A stretch of DNA of 64,000 nt from Octopus sinensis (lineage: Eukaryota). The stretch's first letter is position 1. Each line of letters opens with the position of its first letter. The position numbers and the translations under genes are program-made. The stretch covers positions 42,842,001 to 42,906,000 of the forward strand of contig NC_043000.1 in NCBI RefSeq assembly GCF_006345805.1, read 5' to 3'. The notes beneath the pieces are model-generated. The model made no database searches, was not told the origin of the DNA, and saw only the letters and a program-made list of their open reading frames with translations. Below, piece after piece: positions 26,436 to 40,514 of this stretch.

Positions 26436-27582
26436 CAATTCCCAACTCCACCCATTCATTCACAATTTCAACGACATTCGCCTCCACAGCGCTACATATA
26501 AGCCTCAACATATACACCGGAGATACACTTACACATCCGTGCGGATGGGTGAGAGTATACATTGAGTGTAGTGATGGGGCTCCCATTACTATACACATTT
26601 GTACCTGTGTGGTAGTCTCCATGTGTATATTACGCACGGTTATAAATGCAGGGGGTACACTCGCACGTCATTTGCGTGTACCCCTCACATGTACATATGC
26701 ATGCTATTTGGGCTCGATATATGCAACAATGTAAGCGCGCCCGCATACATGCATATGGGCGAATTGCACAATCAAAAAACGCACACGTGTGTGTGTGCGT
26801 TCCCTGGTTGTGCAATTCACCCATCTGGGTGTGAGTGGGTGTAATCTTATCACTGTGGATGTCGAGCTTAATACGTATTTATATAAGTGTGTATTAGGGG
26901 GTTGTACGTATTAATTATGTGCATGTGCTTCACGCACTTGCGTCCATATATGGATGAATATATTGGGATTACTATGTGGGTGTAAATTGGGTATGGAGGG
27001 GGGAATTTTGTCATTGTATGGGTGTGGGTTTCATTTGTGATAGTGGTTAGTTGGTGATTTTTAGTATGTTCTGTATATTTGGGTTAGTTATGTATTATTC
27101 TAGTGTGTATAATTGTATACATATAATTGGTGTGAATGGGATTACACCATTTTTGGGGATGTATGTGTTTATTTATCCATGTGGGGCGGGAGTGGCCGTT
27201 AGGTGCATATGCCGAGGCTCACATGCAATTCCAGGTACATCGAATGAAGTGGGCACTTATATTTGTTATGGGTGTGTGTACTTTATAATAACAGACAATA
27301 CCCAATAAAATCTGTCAATTCAACATACCAAATAAAAAACAAAAAACAAAGGGATCTTAAACATTCACACATACATACAAAACTCAATAAAAACACCACT
27401 AAATAACACCCATAAACATATAAATATATCCTCCAAAATATATACATTAAAAATGAACTAATTAAAACAAAGAAATATAAATAAAGACTAACTATAATTA
27501 AAGCCTAGACAACATAACCAAAAATATATTATCTAAACTAATTTAAACTAAACTAAAGTAACCTAAAAGGGAACTATTATTG

Positions 27583-30103
27583 CTATTTATCATGAAACTT
27601 ATTATATAGGTAAAGTAACTTATGTCTGCATTTTATTTTGCGCTCCTCGCCAGTATTAAGTAAATTATCATACTTATAAAATAAAATTTCTTTAAACTCA
27701 TTAGAGCATAAATAACAACAATTAGCTCCTATAGTATATGATTTAGTTTTACAAATTATTTCCCAAATTAAACTATAATTAATATTTAGTGATTTAAGAC
27801 TCCAAATGTACTTACTAAGTCCGGTTGAGTTGATTAAGTTTTTATTTTTAAAAGAATTCATATGTTGTGCGATTCTTAGTTTTATTTTTGAGGAAGTAGA
27901 ACCTATATAAACCGCTTTTTTGTAATTATTATTCTTAAAGTTATTATCATGTAATGTAACTATACATTTATACACTACATCGTTAATATCACAATTATTA
28001 TTTAATATACAATTAGATTTATCTCTACATGTACAATTAATATAAGTCTTATCATTATTAATATTATTATCAAATAATTTCTTTTTATAAAAATTATTCA
28101 GTTTATATTTATTAAATGAAGAAATAATGTTACCAACATTATTAGTGGTAGAGTAACCAACTCCAAAATTATTAAAAGAGAAAATGTTTCTATATTTACG
28201 ATTATCTCTAATAAATAGTTCTATAACATCTAAAATCTCTTTAATAATATTCGTTTTTACTTGATCTCCATAAGGAACTATTAACCAAATTTTATTCTTA
28301 TTAACCTTATTATTATTATCATTATTATAAATATATTTATAATTCTTTATTTTATTAAAATTATTATCAGAATTATATCTATGTACAGCATTTAAGGAAT
28401 TATTAATATTATTAAATTTATCAATATAATTATTATAATAATTATTAAATTTATTTTTATTTATATTATTCTTATTTATATTATTATTATTATATTTATT
28501 ATTATTATTATTATTCTTATTTATATTTTTATCATTTTTATTATTTTTTTAAAAATATCTATTATTTTTACCACTAAACCTAACAAAATTATAATTATTA
28601 TTAGAAGTATCTCGAAAATTAACAATTAAATCTTTATCACTAATATTATAAAATTTAATATTCCTATTATAACCTGCCCCTCTAAGGGCCTCATTATAAT
28701 AATTAGCATGTTTATTAAAAATCTCTATATCATAAGAGAGTAATGAAATACGTTTACTTATATTATTAATCAACGATTTTTTAATAGAAAATGGGTGATT
28801 ACTATTAACATTTATATATCTAAGGTTCTCATTAAGTTTATGATATGGTTGTGTTTTACCTGTAATAAGATTAAAATTAACATCTAAATAATTAACATTA
28901 TAATTCTCCTTATATATAGTAATACTTAAACCATATCTTTTAAAGAAACTATATAGTTTTTTCTTATATACTTCTAGATTCCTATTAGTACAATTCTTTG
29001 TAACTAGTAGAAGATCGTCTCTATATAAACCACCCTCTATCTTAAGATTTTCTAATTGGAGTTCAGATAAAAGAAAAATACCTACTAAATCAGTAGCCTG
29101 TGCAGAATCTGGTGCTCCCATAGGTATATCAAAACAATCTCTAGTATCATTCCTAGCCCATAATTTATTTTTATATTTAATTAGCGATTTCCTAGCCATT
29201 TTAATTACATTAACTTCTTCCCGTGACATACCCGCTTTATTCATTGCGAAAATAAGCGCTTTATTAAACACAATTTCATTAATAGAAGAATAATAATTAT
29301 CTATATCTATTTGAATAAATTTATAACGATTTTTATCTTTAATATTATTAAACCATTTCAATGTATTATTATTACTAAACCATAATTTTAAATAATTAAG
29401 TTTATTTAACTTATCAATATATTTATCTAAAATAAATTTACTAAAATAAATTTACTAGGTCCGATTTACATGGGCAAATTAATCTAACTTTAGGGTCTGA
29501 ATAAAAATTATCTTTATGGTCTTTAAGAGTAATTCTGGGGTGCAAAGGTACATAAGGTTCAGTTTTATTATCCAACTCATATTTTAACATTACTACTTTA
29601 GAGGCCTTATTAATATTATAAAGAATATCATCTGGAACAATTTTATATTTTTTAATTATTTCTTTCCCTAATAGTTTATCATATAATTTAACATCTAATT
29701 TATATAAGTTCCTTGTTTTATCAGATTGTACTATAATACCATCCATATTTCTCATATCTTTAATTTTAATTGCTAAATTCCTTAAATATTCATTATTTCT
29801 ATTTGGGTATTTATGGAATTCAATATTTTTTACCACCTTCCATATACTATCTTCAAGTAATTGTAATTCTTTATTAAATGGAGGTTCCTTTCTAGATTTA
29901 AATTTAGAGGTAAAATTATCATTCCTACTATCAATATCATTAAATAAATAAAAATTATAGTAAAAAGCTTTCCATTTAATTCTAGAAATAAAATCTTTAA
30001 CATTATTAACAAGTTTCAAAATAAATTCCTTTCTAGAAGGAATAGGAATATCTTTCAAAGATGAATCCCAAAACAGCGGTTCTATCTTACCTGTAAAATC
30101 CAT
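27583..30103 (-). CDS. PLE polyprotein (RT + Asn-rich linker + GIY-YIG endonuclease), ~840 codons, with one frameshift (~29445) and one in-frame TAA (28549-28551)
   Basis: RT motifs IQIDIDNYY, IPMGAP, GGLYRDDL, NYLDVNF; YINVNSNHP thumb; IWLIVPY; CTCRDKSNC..C; VVYKC..YIGST..R..H; CYLC..CRH. Frame read manually with no stop from 28548 to 27586. Confidence 0.88.
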
Positions 30104-30337
30104 AATTTACGAAATTGAGGTATTACACTCAATATACAAAATTATCAATATTATATAAATAATAAATATTAGGGAATAAATCCAAATTTACAGGGAAAAG
30201 AAATCAGATTTAGGATTAAATCGATTTTATAGTAAAATCTTATAAAATATTATTCGAGACAAAACCACTATTTTGCAAAACAAACAAGGAAAGACTTAAT
30301 CAATACATAAAATGTTAATAAATAGTCAAAAAAACCG

Positions 30338-30380
30338 CCACTACAATCGTTTCTTGTCTTGATCGACAATCTTCAGGTGG
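30338..30380 (-). ncRNA. Type I hammerhead ribozyme in 5' pseudo-LTR
   Basis: Identical to 22292-22334; lies ~235 nt upstream of the ATG at 30103. Confidence 0.88.
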
Positions 30381-33035
30381 ACTTCCAATCTAAAAAATCA
30401 ATATTTTAAAATATAAAAATAATAATTTTAAAATAATTAAAGTATGAATGAAAAAATATAAGTATATAATCCATATATAACCTATCTATAATCCATATAT
30501 AATCAATATATAAACAATATATAAACTAAAAAAACCTATCAACAATTAAATATAAAATATAAAATATAAAATATAAAATATAAAACAAAACAAAAAAAAA
30601 TAATAATAATATAATAATAAACTATATATACACCCATACGCATATACCTAATTATATATAACCATATCTAACTACATACACTAAATCACACACCTATATA
30701 TATATCCCTATACATACACATAAAAATGTCTAGGCAACTATAAATAAATAAAATAGCTAAATACTTCAACACAATACTTATTCATACTCCCACACACACA
30801 CACATACAACCCACATTCACGCTCTAGAAAACGGACATCACTCAAAACTATGAACGGAGAAATGGAATAAATGGAATTAAAAATTATATTCACTTGGTAA
30901 AACGAACACTACTTAAAAATTATGAATGAAACAATGCAATAAAACAACAGACATCGCAAATAGACACAAATTACTACAAATTCCTTATCAAACCTACCAT
31001 GATAACCAAAACTCATAAAAACATATAATGATAAAATCTCCCTTTACTAAACTCTATAACAAACCTATATAGCAATCCCCCTAACCTAAACATTCACACA
31101 CAAATACACACACGTAAACCACACACCCACGACATATACAAATACCCACACCACTTACACATACCAATACATACATATAAACCTCAACATATACTCCAAA
31201 AACCCACTCAACCCCACACAGACAAATAAACACAAAAATTATGAATGGATTCTTTTATAAAACTACCATGATAAACTAAAACTCACAAAACAGAAATGAT
31301 AAAAACTCCCTTTACTAAACACTAAAACATACTTATATAGCAATTCCTTTAACCTATACATTCACACACAATACCACTCGTAAACCACACACCCATAACA
31401 AATACAAACTCCCACCCCACTCACACACACCCACAAGTACATATAAGCCTCAACATATACACCAAACAAAATTACTTTACCAAGGAACTTAACATATATA
31501 TAAAAAGTATAACCGCTCTGGAAACGAACATCTCTAAATTAATGAATGGAGAAATGGAATAAATGGAATTAAAAATAAAATTCACGTGGCAAAACGAACA
31601 CCACTCAAAAATTATGAATGAAACAATATAATAAAACAACCAACATCGAAAATAGACAAATTACTACGAATTCCCTAAAAAAACCATGATAAACCAAAAC
31701 TCATAAAAACATATAACGATAAAATCTCCCTTTGCTAAACTCTATAATAAACCTATATAGTAATCCCCCTAAACCTAAACATTCACACACAAATACACAC
31801 TCGTAAACCACAGACCCACGACTTATACACATACCTATCCTAATTTATAAACCTCAATATACACCAAAACCCACTCCCTCCCCACACAGACAAATTAACA
31901 CAAACATCCCAAAACCTAAATAACAAACCCATATACACATTCACACACAAACACACACACACACAAAAAACACACACACACAACAGATACATATACTCCC
32001 TCACATATACTCATATATATACTCACTAAACTCGATATATACAACAATATTTACACACCCACACTCATACAGATAAATAAAATATACAACTAAAAACTCA
32101 CACACAATCTCATATACATAAACACTCCTATGAAAACAACATTAAATACATCGTAATTAACCAGAATATCAAAATAACAATATGACATAAGGATAAATAA
32201 AATACATACTACAAGTCAATTTCAAATAATGAAGTGAAATTAAATTCTTAGCCGTTAAAAAAACCAAACCAAAGTTACGTTACCATAGAAATAACTTATA
32301 TAAAAAAAAAAAATAAAAAAAAAGAGAGATTACGCGCCATAGAAATTAAACGTCATTTAAATTATGAATGGAGAAATAGAATAAATGGAACTAAAAACTA
32401 TATCCACGTAGCAAACCAACACTACGTAAAAAAATTTATAATGAATGGATTCTTTAAAAAACTACCATGAAAAATCATTATATACATTTATGAGCTTTAG
32501 CTCACCCTAGCAGCTCTAACAAACAACCTACAACAACCCAAACCTATTCCCGATGCCTACCTCACTACCACACTAATCATTCCCAATTCCAAGCAACGCT
32601 AGTCCACCACCCGGTTACAATTCCCAACTCTACCCATTCATTCACAATTTCAACGACATTCGCCTCCACAGCGCTACATATAAGCCTCAACATATACACC
32701 GGAGATACACTTACACATCCGTGCGGATGGGTGAGAGTATACATTGAGTGTAGTGATATATATGTGTGTGTGTGTGTGTGCGTATGTGTGTGTAAGTGTG
32801 TGTGTTCGTGCGTGCATGCGATGTTAGATGTTTGCATGTGGCTTCACTTTACATATTTATTTCAGTAAATATTTACATGCGTAAATATTATCCACCGAGA
32901 GATATATATTTACCTGCCAAACTGCTTACCTACCTGCCTACCAACATATCGACCTATATTTTTACATACATGCAAACTTACATACAGAAAGGTAGATAGA
33001 CTGATAGACATAAATATTACATGTATATATATATG

Positions 33036-33107
<72 letters not shown>

Positions 33108-33230
33108 ATATGTATATATATATATATATAATATACTCATACATACACATACAGAGATAGAGAGAGAGAGAGGCTGGTGGATAAATAGATTGACAGGCAT
33201 ATAAGCATGCAAACATCAACTCAGACTGTC

Positions 33231-33275
<45 letters not shown>

Positions 33276-33324
33276 ATACACTTGATTGCTTTGGAAATTT
33301 GTTTTCCTAAATTATATATATGTA

Positions 33325-33360
<36 letters not shown>

Positions 33361-34316
33361 TATATGTATATGTATATATTTGTGTGTGTATATATTTGTG
33401 TGTCTGTGTGTATCTTTGACAGCCTGTGTTGGTGTTTGCATGCTTATATGTATACATGCATATATAAGTATGTAAATACATACATATTTCGGCGTATGTA
33501 TACGTGCATGTCACATGCCCTCTCCGCACGCAAACTAATGTGTGTGTGTATTTATATATATATATAAACCCCCACACACAAACAAGGATGCAAACATAGA
33601 CACACACACGCACGCACACATACACACACACACGCAAACATGTATAGAGTGAGAGGGTGAGGAGAGAGAAAGAGCATGAGAGAAAGAGAGAGAGACAGAC
33701 AGACATCTTAATGCTGTATACATTTGAGATTACTGCGGTCAAATGTTTCTCTTGGATATATTAAAAGTGATGAAACAAATTTTAACATATAAAAGGAACT
33801 ACTTCAACTTCCCTCGCCAAATATTTACTTGTAATAGTCTTTGCATTGAGCGGCATTCAAATGAAAGTCTTTTACAGTTCAATACTTACTTCATCAATAT
33901 ATATATATATTGTTGGTCATCTTTTTTAAAGTTGCTAGCTAAAATACAAACATATGCAAATATACATTCTTACACACACACACACTCAACACTCAGAACT
34001 CCAGCTGCCGGTATGCCGGCCGCCAGACGCACAAAAATATCCCAGCGACCGCTTTACCGGCCATTATTTTCTGCGTTGGAAAACATTACAGTAACCGTTG
34101 GTTCGACTGGCACAAACAAGCGCCAGTATTGGCGATAAAACAAAATACAAACATAAAAGAAACCAGTGAGAAGGACGATGTTGCCTTTATTTGGCATTTT
34201 AGTGGCGCTGAAAAAATATTAGATGGGGTATCATTTATTTTGGCTCTTTTATCCAGGGAACATGGGATGAGGGCGCCAAGGATAATGGTTATCTAGAGTT
34301 CAAAGGGTTAACGAAT

Positions 34317-34737
34317 ACTCTTTTACTCTTTTACTCTTTTACTTGTTTCAGTCATTTGACTGCGGCCATGCTGGAGCACCGCCTCTAATCGATCAAATCG
34401 ACCCCGGAACTTATTCTTTGTAAGCCCAGTACTTATTCTATCGGTCTCTTTTTGTGCCGAACCGCTAAGTGACGGGGACGTAAACACACCAGCATCGGTT
34501 GTCAAGCAATGCTAGGGGGGGGCAAACACAGACACACAAACACACACACATACATATATATATATACATATATACGACAGGCTTCTTTCAGTTTCCGTCT
34601 ACCAAATCCACTCACAAGGCATTGGTCGGCCCGGGACTATAGCAGAAGACTCTTGCCCAAGATGCCACGCAGTGGGACTGAACCCGGAACCATGTGGTTG
34701 GTTAGCAAACTACTTAGCACACAGCCACTCCTGCGCC
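34317..34737 (-). mobile_element. Full-length tRNA-derived SINE (major family)
   Basis: Reverse complement of the 20496 family with (aaaagagt)n tail. Confidence 0.9.
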
Positions 34738-34869
34738 TATATATGCATACAAATATTAAAAAATAATAGAGGATGAAGTTCCCTTCCTTATGAGGTATGC
34801 CTCATTCTGTGGTGGAAATATTTTTATCACGGTAGGACGACGATCCATCACAGGATTACAAAATTTTGC

Positions 34870-34992
34870 CAGAGGTGGACTGGAGGCATGTGAGGCAATG
34901 TTTTTCTCAAGAGACAATGCGTCGCTTGGTCCAGGAATCGAATCAACAAACTTACGATCATCAGAGACCCCCCCCCCTAAAAACTAAGCCAT
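34870..34992 (-). mobile_element. tRNA-derived SINE head fragment
   Basis: gattcgattcctggacc B-box-like motif followed by gcattgtctcttgag. Confidence 0.5.
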
Positions 34993-35651
34993 GCGAGTAC
35001 ATAACGGTTCAGCGTGTGTAAGCTTTTCATGTCCGGCCAGGACAATCAAGCACAACACAATCATCAGATTCAGGTCTTTAAACTTTGTGGCTACCTACGT
35101 TTACTCACACGCACTGACAGACAGACGCACACACACACACACATTCACATGTATACGTGTGCGACACGCCTATATACATTCACGCACGCATGCGTCTAGC
35201 CACACGTTCACATACACACGTATACACATACATAAATAACGATTGACATACGCTCGCCCCAATACGCACTGATGTCATGTTACTCATGTACATATACACA
35301 TCCCTCTATATTTACACATACATACACCGCTCTACGCATACACACACACACACGCCTGCATGCATATATGTATGCATGTATATTTAAAAAGTTTTGACTG
35401 GCTACCAACTTAGTACCAAGGTTGTGAATGAAGCATCTTGTTTTAACCTTCATCATTCAAATCTTAAAGTCTTGTAGATTTTTAAAGTACTAGATATCGT
35501 GATCATTCTTTGCATATGAATTTAAGATTTACTTTCTCTCCCCAAGATCCCAAGTTCGGCCATACTCTGCTCCAGACGTATGTATCTATCTATGCATGTA
35601 TGTATCTTCGATTAATAATTATTTTGTCGACATCTAATGAATAAGTATATA

Positions 35652-35741
<90 letters not shown>

Positions 35742-36069
35742 CGTGTGTGTGTGTGTGTATGTATGTGTGTGTGTGTGTGTGGTGTGTGTGTGTGTGTGTG
35801 TATGTGTGTGTGTGTGTTGTGTGTGTGTGTGTGTGTGTATGTGTGTGTGTTTGTATGTTTGTGTTTGTCCCCTTACCATCGCTTAACAACAGATATTGGT
35901 GTGTTTATGTCACTCACCGGGACTTAACTGTTCGGCAAAAGCAACCGATAAAGCAGACCCAAAGTGGAATACCAGCTTAATTGTTTGTAATAAATAATCA
36001 ACAATAATCCGGGAACAACAGAACAATCACCAGTATTCAGCAAATTTCTCTAACTGCAATAATATGGCA

Positions 36070-37560
36070 GAGGTTAAAATAACTGGAAAGTAAAAAAAAT
36101 TAGAACATACTTCAAGAAGAACAAAAGGGACGCTGCAAGAATTTCATGCAGCTCTAAAGATCAATTATAGATCAACTGTGCCATAACCAAAATATGATGA
36201 AGAAATGTACCTGGATATGGCACGAACTGATTTAATAATTAAAAAACTTTTGACAGAGTTTTCTCGCGAAACTAAGGCCATGTAAAAAGTAGAACTACTA
36301 ATTCGCAGATACATCGAGCACATCATACATAAATGGGAAGCAATTTTGCTGGCAAAAATGAAATTATAAAAATTTACGGCATCACAATTAAAGGAGGAAT
36401 AATCAGATGGGATTTCCATTCACCATGCCTTTCTTTTCTACTTTGGATTAATAATTTTAACCAGTGTGATTAACAAGACTGAACTCAGATACACATGCTA
36501 TGGGAGGACGACCCACAGTCTTTTATATATTGATAAGCTCTCGTTATGCGTTGCGGAAACTCTGCAACTGACAGTACTCCGACATACTGAGCGAAATTAT
36601 ATGAGAATCGCATTAGTAAAATAGGCTGAAGCAAACTTAAAGATACAAATATAAAGAGACACAAATAAGAGAATTAGACGAAACGTAGGATCTAAAGTAC
36701 TTAGGAATCAATTAACTAGGAAGTGTACGACACATAAATGAAAAGAAAAATCAATATTGTAATAACATTAGATTGATGCATAAGACCGCTAAAAGCAAAA
36801 GTTAAAGTAATAAGCTTCAATATTTTAGCTGTATCAGTAATAATTTATTGTTATAATATTGACAACTGGACAATTAATTCACGAGAAAAACAAGATGACA
36901 GAAAAACCAGAAAAACAAAATGACAGAAAAACCAGAAAAATAATAATGACGTCTGAAATGCTCAAAAATTTGTTAGTGGAAGAGTATCTTTATGCAAGCA
37001 GTAATTTTATGCAACAAGAAGACTAATTGTAGCTTTACAAAAATGAGTAGTAAACAATGAAGAAAGCAAAAAAAAACCCCACCAAAACAGTTACAAAACA
37101 CAAACAAACTGAAACACGATTTTCTATCTTGCAGAATACCGACAAATACAAAACAGAAGCTTAAATAAATCAGAAAAAAAAATTGGAAAAAATAAGCAGA
37201 AATTGTACACGTTTAACAATAAGCTAAGGGAAGTTAAGTCTAGTATGCCATGATAAAGCGGAGGTTAGTATACAAAGAAAAAAAAAGAGGACAACTGATC
37301 AGGCTAGAAAGAGACGAGAAATTGCGGCAATACATGAGAAGTACAGGACTTAAAGCTAAGATTGAGGGACTCACTATTGTGATATAGGATCAAAATCGTT
37401 CCACCAGAAAGTACCAAAGTATGCGGTGAAGCAAAATGCATTAAGTAGTTGCAGGATACACTGAGGCGAGAAACAAACTCTCTGCTACATCTCCTTTGGT
37501 TACCCAGTGTCAGCCAAAAGAAAGTGCATTACCAAGCATGACATAGTTGGAAATTTTGAT
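36070..37560 (+). pseudogene. Highly degenerate non-LTR retrotransposon RT remnant
   Basis: Scattered motifs resembling LYIDxL, KYLG, LAVSVI and RKTRKIM in shifting frames. Confidence 0.45.
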
Positions 37561-38094
37561 GCGTGTATTACTTTATGACAGGAAGTCAGCGGAACGATAT
37601 TTAGAACTTACTCAGCAGATAGACAGCAAGACCCTATACGCGACAGTGAAGCTTCACCAGTCAAAAATTCTCAGCTACTAAACAGATGCGCCGAAGAGAA
37701 TGTTTTTTGACTCTCTTCGGATACCTGACAATTGAAATTATTGCCGAAGTAAGGATTCTTGCGAAACTTTGGTAAAATTGATGAGCCAAGGTTTTTTTAG
37801 GAAGTTGCCCTCATCCCTAACCTGAAAATGCATTACATTTCTATGGAACAGACTTCTGAGTTGATCCTCATCGATGCCTAGAACATTCATCTCTTGATGT
37901 AGCTGTTAAAGATTGGAGCCATGCATGTAGTTGTTGTGAAGGTAGTGGAATGGGTGCTAAAAATATAATCGATAATTCACGCATTTTAAAAATAATCCAG
38001 ACGAAACCCAATCGGATTCTAAAATAAATATTGCGCTTTGACCATGTTTGTTTTCAATTTGCGTAATATTTGTCTTGTATCCGTTTCCCCCAAC

Positions 38095-38290
<196 letters not shown>

Positions 38291-39190
38291 TCCGTATCTC
38301 TTTCCTTCACAGCAGTTGTCGATGTTGTATTTTGTTGACAAACAATCAATGCCGCATATTGCTTTTGTTCTTTTGATTAGTCATAATCGTATTCCCGTTG
38401 TTATATTTACTGTTCTTGTTTTTTCTTCATTCGTTTATAAATGATGTATATACTGCAATGGCTTTTGTTTTTATGGTTTTGGTCGTTTACACATTTCTGA
38501 CTATGAACTTTATTGCTACAATGAAATGATAATATCAAGAGAAATGGCAATTTTTTTCATTTCATTTAAACATGTAAAAAAACTATTTTAAAATTTGTTT
38601 TATATTATTTGCAATATTTTTAAGAAATGTTATATTTCAAAGAATATTTGATACTTTCTGTGATCCATAACATATGTTGTATTTTACTAATATGCTATTA
38701 CATGTCCACCCAACAGGGAATTATTGATCCCTTGTTCATGTTAAATTTTATGGAATTCACCAAGTGATAGATATTTCACACATAGATCGTTTGTCAGTTT
38801 CTAGAAACAATAAAAGAACTTTACCCTACAAAAGAAATGAATCTAGGATTGGAAGCCAACGAACCACTCTACAATTTCACTGTTTACCCACATGCTACAG
38901 CAGTGAATTATAGTGTTTGTCACGCATATATAAATGCAGTGATTCTCAGAGAATGATAACATTTTTGATCACAGATATAACACAATGATAGGAGAAAAAG
39001 CAATGGCGTCTTAACTGGGAGTCTAATATCGAATGAATTTTTTATGATTTATGCATACAAACTTACATCGCTTACGTTTATATAGATCAGAAAATAAATT
39101 CATACTGTATGAAAGATGGCGAATAATAGAAAAATGTCAACAAATTTGCTTTTTAGGAGAAAACACACACATGCTAGCGCATGCATGCGA

Positions 39191-39243
<53 letters not shown>

Positions 39244-39244
<1 letters not shown>

Positions 39245-39915
39245 TAGCTGACGTACCCGGTATTTTCCGGGAAAGCTGAGCTTATCCTTTGGTTCCGTTC
39301 TCATAATTGTTTCTCTAATCCAATAACAACAATACAAAATATGTAGCCTTTAAAACGGTTTTTGTGCATTTACAGAGAATGCTGAAATTAGTTACCCGAT
39401 AGTAAGAATTCAAATAAAGCAGACCCGAAAAGGGCTTTAATGCGTTCCCAGAGTATCTAGAACATAGGAGGCAATACTAATAAGATATGTATATTAAAAT
39501 CGTGAAACATGTTAGGTAATAACAGGCTAATCAGATATGAGATAATAACAATTCAAAGTAAATAACTCTGAAAAGGGCTTTTGTGCGTTCCCAGAGATTA
39601 TTACCCTCAGGGGCGCTAGTGCTGGTATATTCGTGAATAAGTCACTAACTGAAATAAGTGGATCTATTGTTTAGGAAAATACTATTTACTTGTTTAAGGG
39701 TTGTACTGGATAAATAGTTAAATTAACTCTAGCAGTTCAAATACTAAGAAATAAGCATACTCAATTTCATTTTTACCAAATAGTTTATTTAAATGAATAG
39801 GTTATTTCCCTTGGCTATATATAAGGGACCCTTTCAAGGGCCCTATAATCAAATTTGTCAACAATTTGAGCATGCCATGTCGTTTCCAGACATGAGTTCT
39901 ATTCATGTGTCAAGA
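39244..39915 (-). mobile_element. Putative non-autonomous Helitron (3' end well supported, 5' end tentative)
   Basis: Minus strand ..CCCGG aaaata CCGGG tacgtcag CTAG|T: hairpin just upstream of CTAG, followed by T; possible A|TC start at 39915. Confidence 0.5.
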
Positions 39916-40009
39916 TTCAACATAATCGATAAAACGATGTAGGAGGAATTAGCTAACGACTCCACAAACACACCCACAGACAGAATTTCCCACATATGTT
40001 GTATATATA

Positions 40010-40435
40010 GGCGCAGGCGTGGCTGCGTGCTAAGAAGCTTGCTTCTTAACCACATGGTTTCGGGTTCAGATCCACTGCGTGGCACATTGTGGAAGTGTCG
40101 TCTGCTATAGTCTCGGACCGACTAAGACCTTGTGAGTGTATTTAGTAGTCGGAAACTGAAAGAGATCTATTATTTATACATATGTGTGTGTGCGTCTGTG
40201 TGTGTACTTGAGAGTATGGGTCTGTGTTTGTCACCCCATCATCGCTTGACAACCGATGCTGATCTGTTTACGTGCCCGTAAATTAGCGTTTCGGCAAGGG
40301 AGACATGTAGAATAAGTACTGGCCAAGCAAATAATATTATATCCTGTGGTCGAATTCTTCAACTAAAACTGTTTAAGGCTGTGCTCCAGCATTACCGCTG
40401 TCAAATGACTGAAACAAGTAAAAGTATAAAAGAAT
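40010..40435 (+). mobile_element. tRNA-derived SINE, older subfamily of the major family
   Basis: ggcgcaggcgtggctgcgtgctaag..gggttcagatccactgcgtggcac head; diverged body. Confidence 0.85.
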
Positions 40436-40444
40436 ACATACATA

Positions 40445-40514
<70 letters not shown>

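Larger units (their letters stand above)
22118..32757 (-). mobile_element. Endonuclease-positive Penelope-like retroelement (PLE) with tandem pseudo-LTRs
   Basis: Direct repeats 22118-26575 and 30163-32757 flank an RT + GIY-YIG frame; HHR in each repeat; both ends in microsatellites. Confidence 0.92.

Noticed and set aside
22340-26560. Mitochondrial control-region insertion (NUMT) or telomeric array suggested by A/C skew and CCCTAA-like words
   Set aside because: No mitochondrial genes or tRNAs; CCCTAA occurs singly per unit; the sequence is duplicated as part of the PLE
27583-30103. Selenocysteine recoding as in some Naiad PLEs
   Set aside because: The in-frame stop is TAA, not TGA, and the endonuclease is C-terminal
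33743-34138. 131-aa + strand ORF with a GC-rich patch
   Set aside because: Crosses a (CA) tract, has no recognisable domain and no clear splice signals
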